Positions 8,203 to 18,251 of a stretch of 62,527 nt of DNA are shown here, one piece after another. The notes beneath the pieces were generated by a model. It worked only from the letters and a program-made list of their open reading frames with translations. It was not told where the DNA came from and did no database searches. The translations under genes were made by a program, and so were the position numbers. The DNA comes from Phycisphaerae bacterium. GTDB taxonomy: Bacteria > Planctomycetota > Phycisphaerae > Phycisphaerales > SM1A02. The stretch is taken from the NCBI GenBank assembly GCA_002705085.1, contig PAHO01000045.1, forward strand, positions 1 to 62,527, written 5' to 3'. Position 1 is the stretch's first letter; each line of letters opens with the position of its first letter.

Positions 8203-10370
8203 TGGTTTGATCCTAAGTCAACCTCGTCCACACCTTGCTGCAAAAAGGCGCTAGAGAACACAATTTGTTCAATCATTTCTGACAGAGTGATGGGATCCTT
8301 CGAAAGTTCATCCAACAAGGCATCGTCGGAAGGCACCGAGCCGCGTTGGGTGGCATACACCAACAAATGCCGCGCCAAGGATCGACGAAACTGTTGAGGT
8401 TCGGCAAGCAAGACATCTCGCAAACCTGAAGCGCCGCGAAAAACTGTGCCATCCGGAAGTTCTGCCAAATCATCAATCTTGACCCCCGTCCTTGCTCGGC
8501 CAACCGCATCAAAACCTTCCAACGAAAAACCCATGGCATCCATCCTGATGTGGCAACTGGCACAATCAGGGTTGGATCGGTGGTGTTCCATTTGTTCACG
8601 CAAAGACATGCCTTCTACTTGTCCATCGGCGGCAAGACCATCCACCCCTGGAGGGGCAGGTGGTGGTGGCGCATCAAGCAAACTCGTCAACACCCACTTT
8701 CCACGTTTGACTGGGCTGGTGCGGGTTGGGTTGCTGGTGGCCATCAATATTGAGGCGTGCCGAAGGAAACCCAGTGATTCGTCTGGTGTCCGAACCCGTC
8801 GGAAACTCCCTGATGGGACAGATCGGAAACCGTAGTGGTGGGCGAGTTCTGCATTCACAAAGGTGTAATCAGCCTCAATCAATTCGTCTACTGGGAGGTT
8901 TCGACGCAAAATGTGATCCAAGAAATGCACCGTCTCTTGTTGCATCGATTTTCGAAGACTGGCATCGATACCGGGAAATTGGTCAGGGTCTGGTCGATGC
9001 TCCTCCAGAACGTCGAGATGCAGCCACTGCAAACCAAAGCTTTCCGAAAGAGAACGCGATCGGTGGTCTTTCAACATCCGTTTTATGGTTCGTTTCAAGA
9101 CTTCTGGTTTCGAGAGGTTCCCTTTTTCCACTTCCCGCAAAAGGGATTCGTCTGGAAGTCCGTTCCACAAGAAAGATGCAAGCTTTGTTGCCAACTCTTG
9201 GTCTTGAATTTGGTGGGGACCATTGGATGATCCCTCTGCGATGAGCAAAAACCTTGGGCTCATAAAGATGCCCACCAAGGCTGATTGCAATCTTTCATTC
9301 CATGAATCATCAACCTGAGACAGGGCCAGCAGTCGATCCACATCGTCGTCACGAACATTGCCCCGGAAGGCTTGGTGGGTGAGGTCTCGAAGAACTTTTC
9401 GAAGTGTTTGGAAATTCTGAGATTTGGGCAACGTGTTCAAAAAGTGGTCTTGAAGTGGTCGATCCAGCGGACCAACCAAAACCAGTTCAAGCACCAATGC
9501 GTTTCTATCATTTGGTTTCGGGGCGGATTTATCAAAAAAGTCGTTCACAAACGAAACCCCAACCTCTACGGGTCCAGTAGGAAGTTGGGTGGTGTGCCGG
9601 ATAATGGTTGGATCTGAAAGTGGTGAAGACACTGAAAATGGCTGGGTTTGATTGGCGCCCACCCGCATGACAAACCGAACCGGTTCTGGTCCTGCTTGTT
9701 GCCCAGCAACCTTGGCTTGAAGTTCGTAGAGGCCGCGACGCCCCACCTCAAATGTTGAATGCACTTCGCCGCGCGTTGATAAGAAAATGCCTCCCATACG
9801 TCGGTGTCCTCGATCTGACTGAAGATCAAGGCCCCGCGCGGTTTGGGAGGGGAATCGTCGGGCTGGATTTGTATCCAATGCCATGCCGGCCACTTGCTCA
9901 GCCGCCTCCATGTATTTCTCGGTGAGCAATGGGCTCATCCGAAGCAGGCTGGCAGTGCGATCAAATCCTTCCCCAATATCGTCCGGGGGAAAGAACGACT
10001 CTGATGGGAATTGAACTGAAACCAGTTCATCGACAGCCCGTGTCCACGCGTCTCGAGTCATACGGCGAAGTGGGACATGGGCCACCCGGTGGGCGGCGGG
10101 AAGCCAAGCACGAAGAGCGAACTCTGCTTCTTCTGACGCTGACTCATCTGGTTGTCTCCGGTGATCTTTCGGCGGCATGTCTCGGCGGCGAATCCGTTCC
10201 AGGATTTGAACCCATGATGCCTCATCAGCAAGGGCGTCATCTCGCTCCACCAATGCTTGGATATCCAAGCCTGACTCAGCATCTTCATCCGCATGGCAAC
10301 CCATGCAATAACGATCCAAATATGTTTCAGGCAGCGGGGGGGTGAGGGCCAAGCACCAAACCAAAAGCAT
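8199..10370 (-). CDS. Planctomycete cytochrome-c-like multidomain protein (DUF1592/DUF1595/DUF1587/DUF1588/DUF1585 type)
   Basis: ORF 8199..10370 (-), 723 aa. The N-terminus carries a CxxCH motif (CMGCHADE), as in the planctomycete PSCyt-type proteins. The size and the downstream DUF1552 partner match the known paired-family arrangement in Planctomycetes. Confidence 0.55.
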   Translation of the reverse strand: MLLVWCLALTPPLPETYLDRYCMGCHADEDAESGLDIQALVERDDALADEASWVQILERIRRRDMPPKDHRRQPDESASEEAEFALRAWLPAAHRVAHVPLRRMTRDAWTRAVDELVSVQFPSESFFPPDDIGEGFDRTASLLRMSPLLTEKYMEAAEQVAGMALDTNPARRFPSQTARGLDLQSDRGHRRMGGIFLSTRGEVHSTFEVGRRGLYELQAKVAGQQAGPEPVRFVMRVGANQTQPFSVSSPLSDPTIIRHTTQLPTGPVEVGVSFVNDFFDKSAPKPNDRNALVLELVLVGPLDRPLQDHFLNTLPKSQNFQTLRKVLRDLTHQAFRGNVRDDDVDRLLALSQVDDSWNERLQSALVGIFMSPRFLLIAEGSSNGPHQIQDQELATKLASFLWNGLPDESLLREVEKGNLSKPEVLKRTIKRMLKDHRSRSLSESFGLQWLHLDVLEEHRPDPDQFPGIDASLRKSMQQETVHFLDHILRRNLPVDELIEADYTFVNAELAHHYGFRSVPSGSFRRVRTPDESLGFLRHASILMATSNPTRTSPVKRGKWVLTSLLDAPPPPAPPGVDGLAADGQVEGMSLREQMEHHRSNPDCASCHIRMDAMGFSLEGFDAVGRARTGVKIDDLAELPDGTVFRGASGLRDVLLAEPQQFRRSLARHLLVYATQRGSVPSDDALLDELSKDPITLSEMIEQIVFSSAFLQQGVDEVDLGSNQ

Positions 10371-10447
10371 GTCACCATGTTCGCTGATCTGAGGCGAACG
10401 TCAAGGTTTGAATCCAACAACCCCCGCGCGACCTATCATGGTGTCCT

Positions 10448-11902
10448 ATGCGTGTTCTCCTCATTCTTGGGTTCCTCTTTTTGGTCGGTTGCAAGGTGAC
10501 TGCTCCACAAGCCCCAACGTTGGATCTTCCAGAAAGATGGACCGAACAACATGCGACCAGGACTCGTGATCCGGAGGGTAGAACCCCCGATCAAGACGCT
10601 TCTCCGTGGTGGACCCGCTGCAACGATCCACTTTTGGAATCACTGGTCGACGAGGCAATGGTTTCTGGGCCTGACATCAAGATGGCAACCGCCAGAGTGA
10701 AAGAGGCTGATTTTCGTTGGCAAGCCACCGACGCTGGTTTTGGGCCGAGTTTGGATTTTTCACGGTCGCTTCGGCGAGAGGATCAATCCAGCCAATCGTT
10801 TAATTTTGGTGACGACACCATTCCAGGATTGCCGGTTGATCAAATCTTCAAAGTCAGAACGGTGTCGCGTCACGAAATCCGAGGGCGTTGGGAAGCTGAT
10901 CTCATTGGACGAAATGAGTTGAAAGCTATGGAATCTTCATCCAGGATGGATTGGGCTCAAGCTTCTTATGACGACGCGGTTCTTCTTTTGAGCACCAGAA
11001 TTTGTGACACGTTGGCGGATCTGCGGGAAAGTGTGCGGCAACTGTCAATCACCCAAACCAGCATTCGTCGCAATGAACGAAGTTTGCAATTGGTTGAGTC
11101 TCGATTCAACGTTGGTCTTGGGAACGAATTGGAGTTGGCCCAAGCTCGACGAACACTTGCCGAAGCCAAAGCCCAATTGCCCCAAGCAGAAATAGGGCCT
11201 AGAGCTGCGTGTGATGCCCTAGCTGCGCTGCTTGGGAAGCATCCTGGGGCCATGTCTCACCTCATAGATCTTGAAATGGTTGTTCCCCCACCACCAGTTG
11301 GTGTGTTGACCATTGAACCCAAGGATTTGCTCAATCAACGTCCCGACCTGCGTCGTCTTGCCGCTGATGTGCAACAAGCTGCGGCCAACGCTGGACTGGC
11401 TGAAGCTGCGACCCAACCCACTTTTGGTCTGGAGGCTGCGTTGGGAACTGAATCCAACGGGGCTCAAATTTCATTTTCCCGCACTGCTGCATTGTGGAAT
11501 GTGATTTTGACAGGAGCCACCCCCCTGTTTGACGGGGGGCGACGAAAAATGGAAGCCCGTGCGGCTGAGTCGGTTTTTCAGGCAACCGTGGAACAACACC
11601 GACAAGGAGTGTTGAACGCATTGGTTGAAGTGGAACAAACCGCTCGACAATTCAAAGCAACCCAAGAAACCCTTCAGCAGCTGAATGAAGCTGTCGCGCA
11701 GGCCACAATCGTCCGAGAACAGTCTGAGACACGGTTTACCGAGGGAATTTCGGGTCTAGACCCGGTTCTTGACGCTGAACAGGCTCTTGATCCCCTCCAG
11801 CGACAACTCGCCACCACCCGCACCAACGCCTGGCGACAGTTGTCTGCTTTGGTTCGCTCCACTGGGGGTTCGGCGGGTTTCCAACCTTTTGATCCACAAT
11901 GA
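10448..11902 (+). CDS. Outer-membrane efflux channel lipoprotein, NodT/OprM (TolC-like) family
   Basis: ORF 10448..11902. The lipobox is LVGC, and two OEP-type repeats with coiled-coil segments follow. The sequence ...NELELAQARRTLAEAKAQLPQAE... resembles the RND outer membrane factor family. Confidence 0.75.
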   Translation: MRVLLILGFLFLVGCKVTAPQAPTLDLPERWTEQHATRTRDPEGRTPDQDASPWWTRCNDPLLESLVDEAMVSGPDIKMATARVKEADFRWQATDAGFGPSLDFSRSLRREDQSSQSFNFGDDTIPGLPVDQIFKVRTVSRHEIRGRWEADLIGRNELKAMESSSRMDWAQASYDDAVLLLSTRICDTLADLRESVRQLSITQTSIRRNERSLQLVESRFNVGLGNELELAQARRTLAEAKAQLPQAEIGPRAACDALAALLGKHPGAMSHLIDLEMVVPPPPVGVLTIEPKDLLNQRPDLRRLAADVQQAAANAGLAEAATQPTFGLEAALGTESNGAQISFSRTAALWNVILTGATPLFDGGRRKMEARAAESVFQATVEQHRQGVLNALVEVEQTARQFKATQETLQQLNEAVAQATIVREQSETRFTEGISGLDPVLDAEQALDPLQRQLATTRTNAWRQLSALVRSTGGSAGFQPFDPQ

Positions 11903-11977
11903 ACCAATATTTGGCATGTCCCTTGAACATTTGCCGTTAGATTTGGGATTCACACAACACATTGAACGGAGAATCCA

Positions 11978-12751
11978 ATGCCTTTGATGACCGCTTTGTC
12001 GACCACTGTGACCGGGTTTGCCATCGCCCAGATGCAAGATTTAACCGCAACTGTAGACCCCAGTCAATCAACCTTGAATGCGTGTCTCACAGCCATCGAT
12101 ATCACTGATTGCCAAAGTGGGGCCATCAATGGATCGCTTGATTTTGGTATCGATCAAACCACGGGCGAAGTGAAGATTGACAACTTCAGCCTCACAGTGG
12201 GTCAAATCGACTGGACCTTGGATGCTGGGTTCTTGGGTGGTGTTGACGCCACCCTGCAAAATGGTGCGACCGCCAACTACGCTGGAACCACACAAACAGC
12301 ACCCTCGTCTGGAGGCGTCTTCACATTCCCCGTCGTGCCCTTCACTCTCAATGGGACAGTTGATTACAACGGTTATGGAATTGCTGGGATCATTATTGGT
12401 TCCGGAACAGAAACTGTGGACATCGCTGAATCCACTGAGATCTCAGGCACCTATTCCATCAGTGGAGACACCGCAACAGTCTCGGTGGACCTCCCGATTG
12501 ATTACTTGTTTGATTTGAGTGGAAACGAAGTGGCAATTCAAGGTGGGATCACTGTGGTGGCATCAGGAAACTTGCCCAAACCGCCCTCTTGCCCCGCCGA
12601 TCTCAATAACGACGGTCAGATAGGGTTTTCTGACCTAAGTTTGATTCTTTCCGCTTGGGAAGTCTCGGACGCTGGCGACGCCAATGGTGATGGGCAAACT
12701 AATTTTGCCGACATCAACGTTGTGTTGTCCGAATGGGGCAACGACTGTTAA
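11978..12751 (+). CDS. Secreted beta-rich protein of unknown function with C-terminal dockerin-type (type I) repeat pair
   Basis: ORF 11978..12751. GGAG lies 7 nt upstream of the ATG. The C-terminus CPADLNNDGQIGFSDLSLILSAWEVSDAGDANGDGQTNFADINVVLSEWG contains two DxNxDGxI...D calcium-loop segments typical of dockerin repeats. Confidence 0.6.
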   Translation: MPLMTALSTTVTGFAIAQMQDLTATVDPSQSTLNACLTAIDITDCQSGAINGSLDFGIDQTTGEVKIDNFSLTVGQIDWTLDAGFLGGVDATLQNGATANYAGTTQTAPSSGGVFTFPVVPFTLNGTVDYNGYGIAGIIIGSGTETVDIAESTEISGTYSISGDTATVSVDLPIDYLFDLSGNEVAIQGGITVVASGNLPKPPSCPADLNNDGQIGFSDLSLILSAWEVSDAGDANGDGQTNFADINVVLSEWGNDC

Positions 12752-12782
12752 TCCAACCAATCTGGCCGATCCAGGATGAACG

Positions 12783-12814
12783 AAGAAGCCCGCTGAAGCG
12801 GGCTTCTTTATTTT
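12783..12814 (+). terminator. Rho-independent terminator shared by the convergent genes 11978..12751 and dnaE
   Basis: The stem gaagcccgc (12785-12793), a tgaa loop and gcgggcttc (12798-12806) are followed by tttatttt on the plus strand. The element overlaps the dnaE stop codon (12813-12815). Confidence 0.6.
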
Positions 12815-15800
12815 AAGAACGTCGCGCTCCAAACCGTACTGGCTCAGCTGGTTCGAGACCCTCAATGTACGTAAAGACTGAATCAGAGCCAAACATGTCA
12901 ATCAACTGTTGATACAAATCAAGGGTTGGTCGAATTTTAAAGCCGGATCGAATTTCAACCTCCACACCATCGACGGTCGCAAATGCATGGAGTGAAGCAC
13001 CTTCATTGCTTTGGTGGCGTTGTAACAATTGAAGATGGGTCTGAACCTCGGAAACTGAACCCACAGTGTCCGGGAAACGAACATCGACCCTATGCAACGC
13101 GCGGGACAATGCTTGGTCGATGGTAAGAGCTTCACTGACCACCAACTGGGGGTTGTCTGAACGCTTCCGATCAACCCGTCCCATCACAAAAAGCAAAGAT
13201 CCTGATTGTTCTAAAGCGGTTACGCATTTGGAATAGCCATCACTGAAGATCACCGCTTCACACTTTTCAGTGAGATCTTGAAAGGTCATCATGGCCATTT
13301 TGGAGCCCGCGTTTTGACCCTGCCGAATGGTCAATGGTCTGACTTGGGACAAAACAACACACAGTGAGACGTGGGCGTCGTGCTGCATTTCTGCAAGGTC
13401 GCCGAGGTCTCGACCACGGGAGAGTTGATCAAAAACGGTTTTCGATTCAATCAAGGGGTGTCCTGAAACCCAAATCCCCAAAACTTCACGTTCATTTTCA
13501 AGAGATTCCATGCGGGTCCAACTTGGAACTCTTGGGAGTTGAAATGTGGGTTCAGGAACCGGGTCATCACCGCCACCAAAAAGACTGGCTTGTCCAGATT
13601 GATGGTCATCACGATCGTGTTTGGCTGAACGGATCATTTCTTCTATTGAAGCCACGAGAGTTGATCTTTGTTCAAACCCGTGGAGTGAATCAAAAGCGCC
13701 AGATTTGATCAAGCACTCCAAACCTGTTTTGTTGATGTCGGGAACGCGCACACAAAAGTCGAGGGCGTCTTTGAAAGGTCCGTTTTTTTCACGATCCAAG
13801 ACTGCTTGACGAACCGCGGTGGTTGAGACGTTCTTGATGGTGTCGAGGCCAAACCGAACATGTCCTCCGTCAGCCGTATGTTCCTCGTTGTCGTCGAACG
13901 CTACAGTGAATCCGTCTACGGAAAGGTTCACATCGGGTGATCGAACTGAGATGCCGTGTGAAGCTTCTTGGTTTCTTGTTCTAGGCCTTTGGACCTCTCG
14001 ACAGTCTTGCAGGTAAACACCCAAATCTTCAATCTTTTTTGCTGCACCTTCCAAAGTAAGTACCGCCGCCATGTATTGGGCGGGGAAGTAGGTTTTTAAC
14101 CAAGCGGTTTGATAGGAAACGATGGAATATCCAGTGGAGTGGCTTTTGTTAAACCCGTAGCCGGCGAACTTATTGATCAACTCAAAAAGCTCTTCAGCTT
14201 TTTCTGGGGGAAGTCCTTTATCAGCAGCACCCTCAATAAATTTCACACGGTTGGAGTCAATGACATCCTTCTTTTTCTTGCTTATGGCTTTGATCAAGGT
14301 GTAAGCACTACGGAGTGGGATGCCACCCAAGTGGTGGACGATCTGCATCACTTGTTCTTGATACACCATGATGCCATACGTTTCTTGAGTGAATCGATCA
14401 ACGATCGGGTGGACCGAAGGCACCTCCATATCACCATGCTTGCGTTTGCAGTAGTCAGGGATCAAATCCATTGGGCCAGGTCGAAACAATGCGTTGGCCG
14501 CAATCAAATCCTCCAAACGGTCTGGTTGCATGTCTTTCAACAGGCGCTGCATGCCTTCAGATTCAAACTGAAAAACACCCACCGTGTCGCCACGAACATA
14601 CAAATCAAACACTTTTGGATCGGTGTAACCCAACCTTTCAATATCCAGTGGATCTGTGATGGAGTCAGGGATATTGGCGGTAGCTCGAATTTCTTGTTCG
14701 GTTAATGAGTCCCGAATCAATTTTTTAGCCCGCTCAATGGTGGAAAGGGTTCGGAGACCCAGAAGATCCATTTTCAATAGACCAAGTTCTTCACATGTGG
14801 GTCCATCCCATTGTGTCACCTGCTTTTCATGCTTCACATCCCATCGCAGTGGGATGATGTCGTCCAAGGGTCGGGTTGCAATCACAAGGCCCGCTGCATG
14901 AACCCCAACATTTCGTGCGAAGTGTTCGATGTTTTTAGCCATATCCACCACATCTCGAACCTCAGTATTCCGCTGGTATTCCTCAAGAAAGTCACGATCT
15001 GATTCCAAGGCTTCTTGAAGAGTGATGCTCGTTTGATCAGGCACAAAATTGGCGATTCGCTGGGCCTCGTTGGGTGAAAGTCCATGAACACGAGAAACAT
15101 CTTTGATTGCAGCTCTTGCTTTCAACCGATTAAAGGTGTTGATCTGCGCGACATAGCCATATTTTTCAGTGATGTGACGAATCACATCCTCTCGACCAAA
15201 TTGGCACATATCAATGTCGATGTCGGGGTACTCGGCGCGGTCTGGGTCAGTGAATCGCTCAAAAAGCAGGCCATACTCAATGGGGCACGAGTTCGAGAGG
15301 CCAAGAACATAGCCAACCATGGTTCCCACCCCGGAACCACGAGCATTCGACGGAATGTCGTTGCCCCGCGCCCAATCAACAAAATCCCAAACAATCAAAA
15401 AGTAAGCGCTGATGAGTTTGTCGGCCAGAATTTGTAGTTCACGATCAAGCCGTTGGCGGCGCTCATCATTGAGGGGTTCTGCCCCGTATCTCCAAATCGC
15501 CCCTGCCTCAGACAGGATTCGGAGTGCTGCATCACATTGCTGCTTCAGTACAAGGTTGTCGAGCTCTTCCGCTTTCGCAGGTTCAAGTTGAATGTGAGAG
15601 CAAATCTCTTTGAACCAAGCTGTGCTTCCTGTTGGGTGACTGGATTTTGACGCCAACACCATTTCACGGGCTTCAGTCGATGAAGAGGGGAGTGAAGGAA
15701 AGTTGGTTTTAATTTTTACAACTGGTGCGTGGTTCTCACCGAATTGGATTTTGGCTGAACACCGGTCCGCAATCCTTGAGGTGTTTTCTAAGGCCTCTGG

Positions 15801-16613
15801 GAGATCTTTAAACACGCTGTGCATCTCACTTGGGCTTTTGACATACAACTCTTTGGGGTATCGAAAGCGACTGGTGTCATATTTCTCTTTATTCATGGAA
15901 ATGCAACACAAGGTGTCGTGAGCATCCCAATCCTCTTCACGTAAAAAGTGTGCATCGTTGTCACAAACAAGTGGGAGGTTCAACTCTTGGGCAAGTTTGA
16001 TGAGGTGGGGGTTGATGTCCAGTTGGTCTTGGACGCTGTGTCGTTGCAACTCAATAAAGAAACATGGTTCACTGTTGGCGTTCACACCAAAAACTTCAGC
16101 GTGCCACGAAGCCTCCTCAACCAACGCTGCCCAATCTTCGGACTCGCCGGATTGGTGATATCGCAATGCGAGAGCTGCCAAAGAAGAACCTAGGTGACCG
16201 TTGATCGCAATCAAACCGCCACGCCATGTGGTCAGCAACTCCTTGTCCATTCGTGCTACGCCATAAAACCCCTCGGTGAATGCTTTGCTTGAGAGTTTGA
16301 CGAGGTTTGACCAACCTTCATCGGTCTCCGCCAGAAGTACCAAATGATGTCCGTGATAAGGGTCACCTGGTTGTTTTTTTCTCTCTGATCGGCTTCGAGG
16401 TGCGACGTATGCCTCGATGCCGAGAATCGGTTTGATACCCAACTTGTCAGCTTTTTTTTGGAATTCAGCCGCTCCATACAAGTTGCCGTGGTCCGTCACG
16501 GCCACAGAGTCCATACCCAAATTTTTGACTTGATCCAGAAGGCGGTCCATTCGGTTGCCGCCATCTAACAGGGAGTACTCTGAATGCAAATGAAGGTGGG
16601 TGAATGAAGGCAT
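12813..16613 (-). CDS. dnaE: DNA polymerase III alpha subunit DnaE
   Basis: Within ORF 12813..16724 (-), the true start is the Met at 16613 beginning MPSFTHLHLHSEYSLLDG, the canonical PHP-domain N-terminus of DnaE. The 37 codons upstream are an ORF-finder extension. The remainder is full-length DnaE. Confidence 0.9.
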   Translation of the reverse strand: MPSFTHLHLHSEYSLLDGGNRMDRLLDQVKNLGMDSVAVTDHGNLYGAAEFQKKADKLGIKPILGIEAYVAPRSRSERKKQPGDPYHGHHLVLLAETDEGWSNLVKLSSKAFTEGFYGVARMDKELLTTWRGGLIAINGHLGSSLAALALRYHQSGESEDWAALVEEASWHAEVFGVNANSEPCFFIELQRHSVQDQLDINPHLIKLAQELNLPLVCDNDAHFLREEDWDAHDTLCCISMNKEKYDTSRFRYPKELYVKSPSEMHSVFKDLPEALENTSRIADRCSAKIQFGENHAPVVKIKTNFPSLPSSSTEAREMVLASKSSHPTGSTAWFKEICSHIQLEPAKAEELDNLVLKQQCDAALRILSEAGAIWRYGAEPLNDERRQRLDRELQILADKLISAYFLIVWDFVDWARGNDIPSNARGSGVGTMVGYVLGLSNSCPIEYGLLFERFTDPDRAEYPDIDIDMCQFGREDVIRHITEKYGYVAQINTFNRLKARAAIKDVSRVHGLSPNEAQRIANFVPDQTSITLQEALESDRDFLEEYQRNTEVRDVVDMAKNIEHFARNVGVHAAGLVIATRPLDDIIPLRWDVKHEKQVTQWDGPTCEELGLLKMDLLGLRTLSTIERAKKLIRDSLTEQEIRATANIPDSITDPLDIERLGYTDPKVFDLYVRGDTVGVFQFESEGMQRLLKDMQPDRLEDLIAANALFRPGPMDLIPDYCKRKHGDMEVPSVHPIVDRFTQETYGIMVYQEQVMQIVHHLGGIPLRSAYTLIKAISKKKKDVIDSNRVKFIEGAADKGLPPEKAEELFELINKFAGYGFNKSHSTGYSIVSYQTAWLKTYFPAQYMAAVLTLEGAAKKIEDLGVYLQDCREVQRPRTRNQEASHGISVRSPDVNLSVDGFTVAFDDNEEHTADGGHVRFGLDTIKNVSTTAVRQAVLDREKNGPFKDALDFCVRVPDINKTGLECLIKSGAFDSLHGFEQRSTLVASIEEMIRSAKHDRDDHQSGQASLFGGGDDPVPEPTFQLPRVPSWTRMESLENEREVLGIWVSGHPLIESKTVFDQLSRGRDLGDLAEMQHDAHVSLCVVLSQVRPLTIRQGQNAGSKMAMMTFQDLTEKCEAVIFSDGYSKCVTALEQSGSLLFVMGRVDRKRSDNPQLVVSEALTIDQALSRALHRVDVRFPDTVGSVSEVQTHLQLLQRHQSNEGASLHAFATVDGVEVEIRSGFKIRPTLDLYQQLIDMFGSDSVFTYIEGLEPAEPVRFGARRS

Positions 16614-16667
16614 ATCAAGGTCGATGTTACCCGGAGATGTTGATGTCTCTGAAATGATGATCAAGAC

Positions 16668-16991
16668 ATGTGGATTGACCCCCTGAAGAGCTACAATCAG
16701 CCCGTGTTTGACCCACAAGATCAATGGAAAAATGTCCGTCAGTCGGCCAGCCAGTTCCGAGGTTCGATCGGTGGAAGCAGTTTGCCTTTTCGTGTGGGGG
16801 TGGGGGTCTTTTTCCTGCTTGTTTTGGGGCCGATGATTTTGTCAGGTCTTTTTGCGTTGGCAATCGCAGTTGCATGCGCAATCGTGGTCCTGTTGGTTCA
16901 ACGCGCGCTCGGATTCTTTTCTGAAATCCTGTCTGCCCGAGATCATCAAGGGCGGAAAAATGTAAAAGTGGTTCGCCGCGGCGAATTTTGA
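16668..16991 (+). CDS. Hypothetical small membrane protein
   Basis: ORF 16668..16991 (107 aa) has one strongly hydrophobic segment (ILSGLFALAIAVACAIVVLLV). Third-position composition is plausible, and it is divergent from dnaE. I recognise no homolog. Confidence 0.3.
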   Translation: MWIDPLKSYNQPVFDPQDQWKNVRQSASQFRGSIGGSSLPFRVGVGVFFLLVLGPMILSGLFALAIAVACAIVVLLVQRALGFFSEILSARDHQGRKNVKVVRRGEF

Positions 16992-16995
16992 ATGC

Positions 16996-17877
16996 TTATG
17001 AACCCGAGTCAACCAGTGCGTTGACGGCCTGCATCACCAATTTGGTCGTGGCCCCTGGTCCTGAGGAGACCAAATGTTGCTCCACCTGTACCACTGGCAA
17101 AACGTTCCAACCAGAATTGGTTAGGAAAATCTCGTCCGCGGTATGAACATCGTCAATGGTGAGCATTTCTTTCTTCACGGTCAAACCAAGACTTTCCGCC
17201 GCTTCAACCACCGTTCTTCGAACAATGCCTGGAAGCACCGGTGAAGGGAGGCCCCCTTCCGGCTCTTCACCGCGAGCCAGAGGAGTCAATAACACACCAT
17301 CACGGACCAAGAAAATATTGGAAACACTTCCACAAGCCAAGTGATTGGTGACCGAGAACCACAACGACTCGCTGGCTCCACGAGTCCCAGCCAATTGCAA
17401 AGCACGGATGTTCTTCCAGTAATCGAGTGTTTTGTGACCAGAGGTGGGATCGAGGGGATTCAGCCGACCATCAGACACACCCACGGTGACACCATTGAGG
17501 AAAAAATCTTCGGGGTACGGGGTGGATGGTTGGGCGACGATCAAAATGGTTGGGTCGACTTGGGAAACGCCGTTTTTGGTCAAAAGATTGAGGTCACCAC
17601 CCGTCAAGGTGAGTCGAACACGAGTCTTTGGAAACCCGTTTTCTTCAACCGTTCTTTGCACCGCTTCAGCCAATGGTTGCTCTTGCAACCTTTCGGTAAG
17701 TCCAAGATCACGCGCCGAATCATGGAGTCGTCGCAAATGATCGTCTAAGCGAAAAACATGATTGTCTCGGGCCTGCATGGTCTCGAACAGGCCAACACCG
17801 TGTTGAAAACCCGCGTCAAACACACTGGCTTTTGCTTCGTCTCGGTCGTAAAAATCACCGTTGATCCAAACCTTCAT
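16996..17877 (-). CDS. Class IV (D-amino-acid / branched-chain / aminodeoxychorismate-lyase-type) PLP aminotransferase
   Basis: Within ORF 16996..17907 (-), the likely start is the Met at 17877 (MKVWINGDFYDRDEAKASVFD...). The class IV fold pattern is present (..GVGLFET.., ..EIFLTNS.. near the C-terminus). The ATG overlaps the TGA of the upstream gene (17874-17877). Confidence 0.65.
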   Translation of the reverse strand: MKVWINGDFYDRDEAKASVFDAGFQHGVGLFETMQARDNHVFRLDDHLRRLHDSARDLGLTERLQEQPLAEAVQRTVEENGFPKTRVRLTLTGGDLNLLTKNGVSQVDPTILIVAQPSTPYPEDFFLNGVTVGVSDGRLNPLDPTSGHKTLDYWKNIRALQLAGTRGASESLWFSVTNHLACGSVSNIFLVRDGVLLTPLARGEEPEGGLPSPVLPGIVRRTVVEAAESLGLTVKKEMLTIDDVHTADEIFLTNSGWNVLPVVQVEQHLVSSGPGATTKLVMQAVNALVDSGS

Positions 17878-18251
17878 GACTCGTCTCCCAGTTCTAGGTC
17901 TCTCCACGCCACAACTTGATAGTCGGAAATTGAGTTTATGGTGATAACGAGGGTTATTCCGGTGCCTCTCGATGAATAAATGTGAGCTTCAAATTTTCCA
18001 TCGTGAGTTCTTTTGATTTGCTTCAGTTCACTTTGATCAAATTCTTGCTCAAACTTTCTTTGAATGCTTTGTTGTAATAATGGATCGACGGTAATTTGAG
18101 GGCAGAACACTTCATCCCCTTTATGTTCGATAAGACATCGAACAACCTCTTTTAGATTGCCTTGGTCTTTCTTAACAACCTGGTCATAGATCATCAAACC
18201 AACCAAAGCCAAGGCGAGTAGGCGATACCAGTTTCCACGCGACATTTTCAC
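17874..18251 (-). CDS. Hypothetical membrane-anchored protein, visibly AT-richer than its neighbours
   Basis: ORF 17874..18251 (-), 125 aa. The N-terminal signal/anchor is WYRLLALALVGLMIY. Codons are A/T-rich. It has 4-nt overlaps with both flanking genes, which suggests an operon. Confidence 0.5.
   Translation of the reverse strand: MKMSRGNWYRLLALALVGLMIYDQVVKKDQGNLKEVVRCLIEHKGDEVFCPQITVDPLLQQSIQRKFEQEFDQSELKQIKRTHDGKFEAHIYSSRGTGITLVITINSISDYQVVAWRDLELGDES

Noticed and set aside
8726-9244. ORFs 8446..8835 and 8726..9244 (+)
   Set aside because: They lie inside, and antisense to, the 723-aa PSCyt-type gene.
13364-14705. Plus-strand ORFs 13364..13708 and 14109..14705
   Set aside because: They lie inside, and antisense to, dnaE.
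16614-16724. N-terminal 37-codon extension of the dnaE ORF
   Set aside because: The conserved DnaE PHP-domain start MPSFTHLHLHSEYS begins at 16613. The extension has no homology and would crowd the divergent promoter region.
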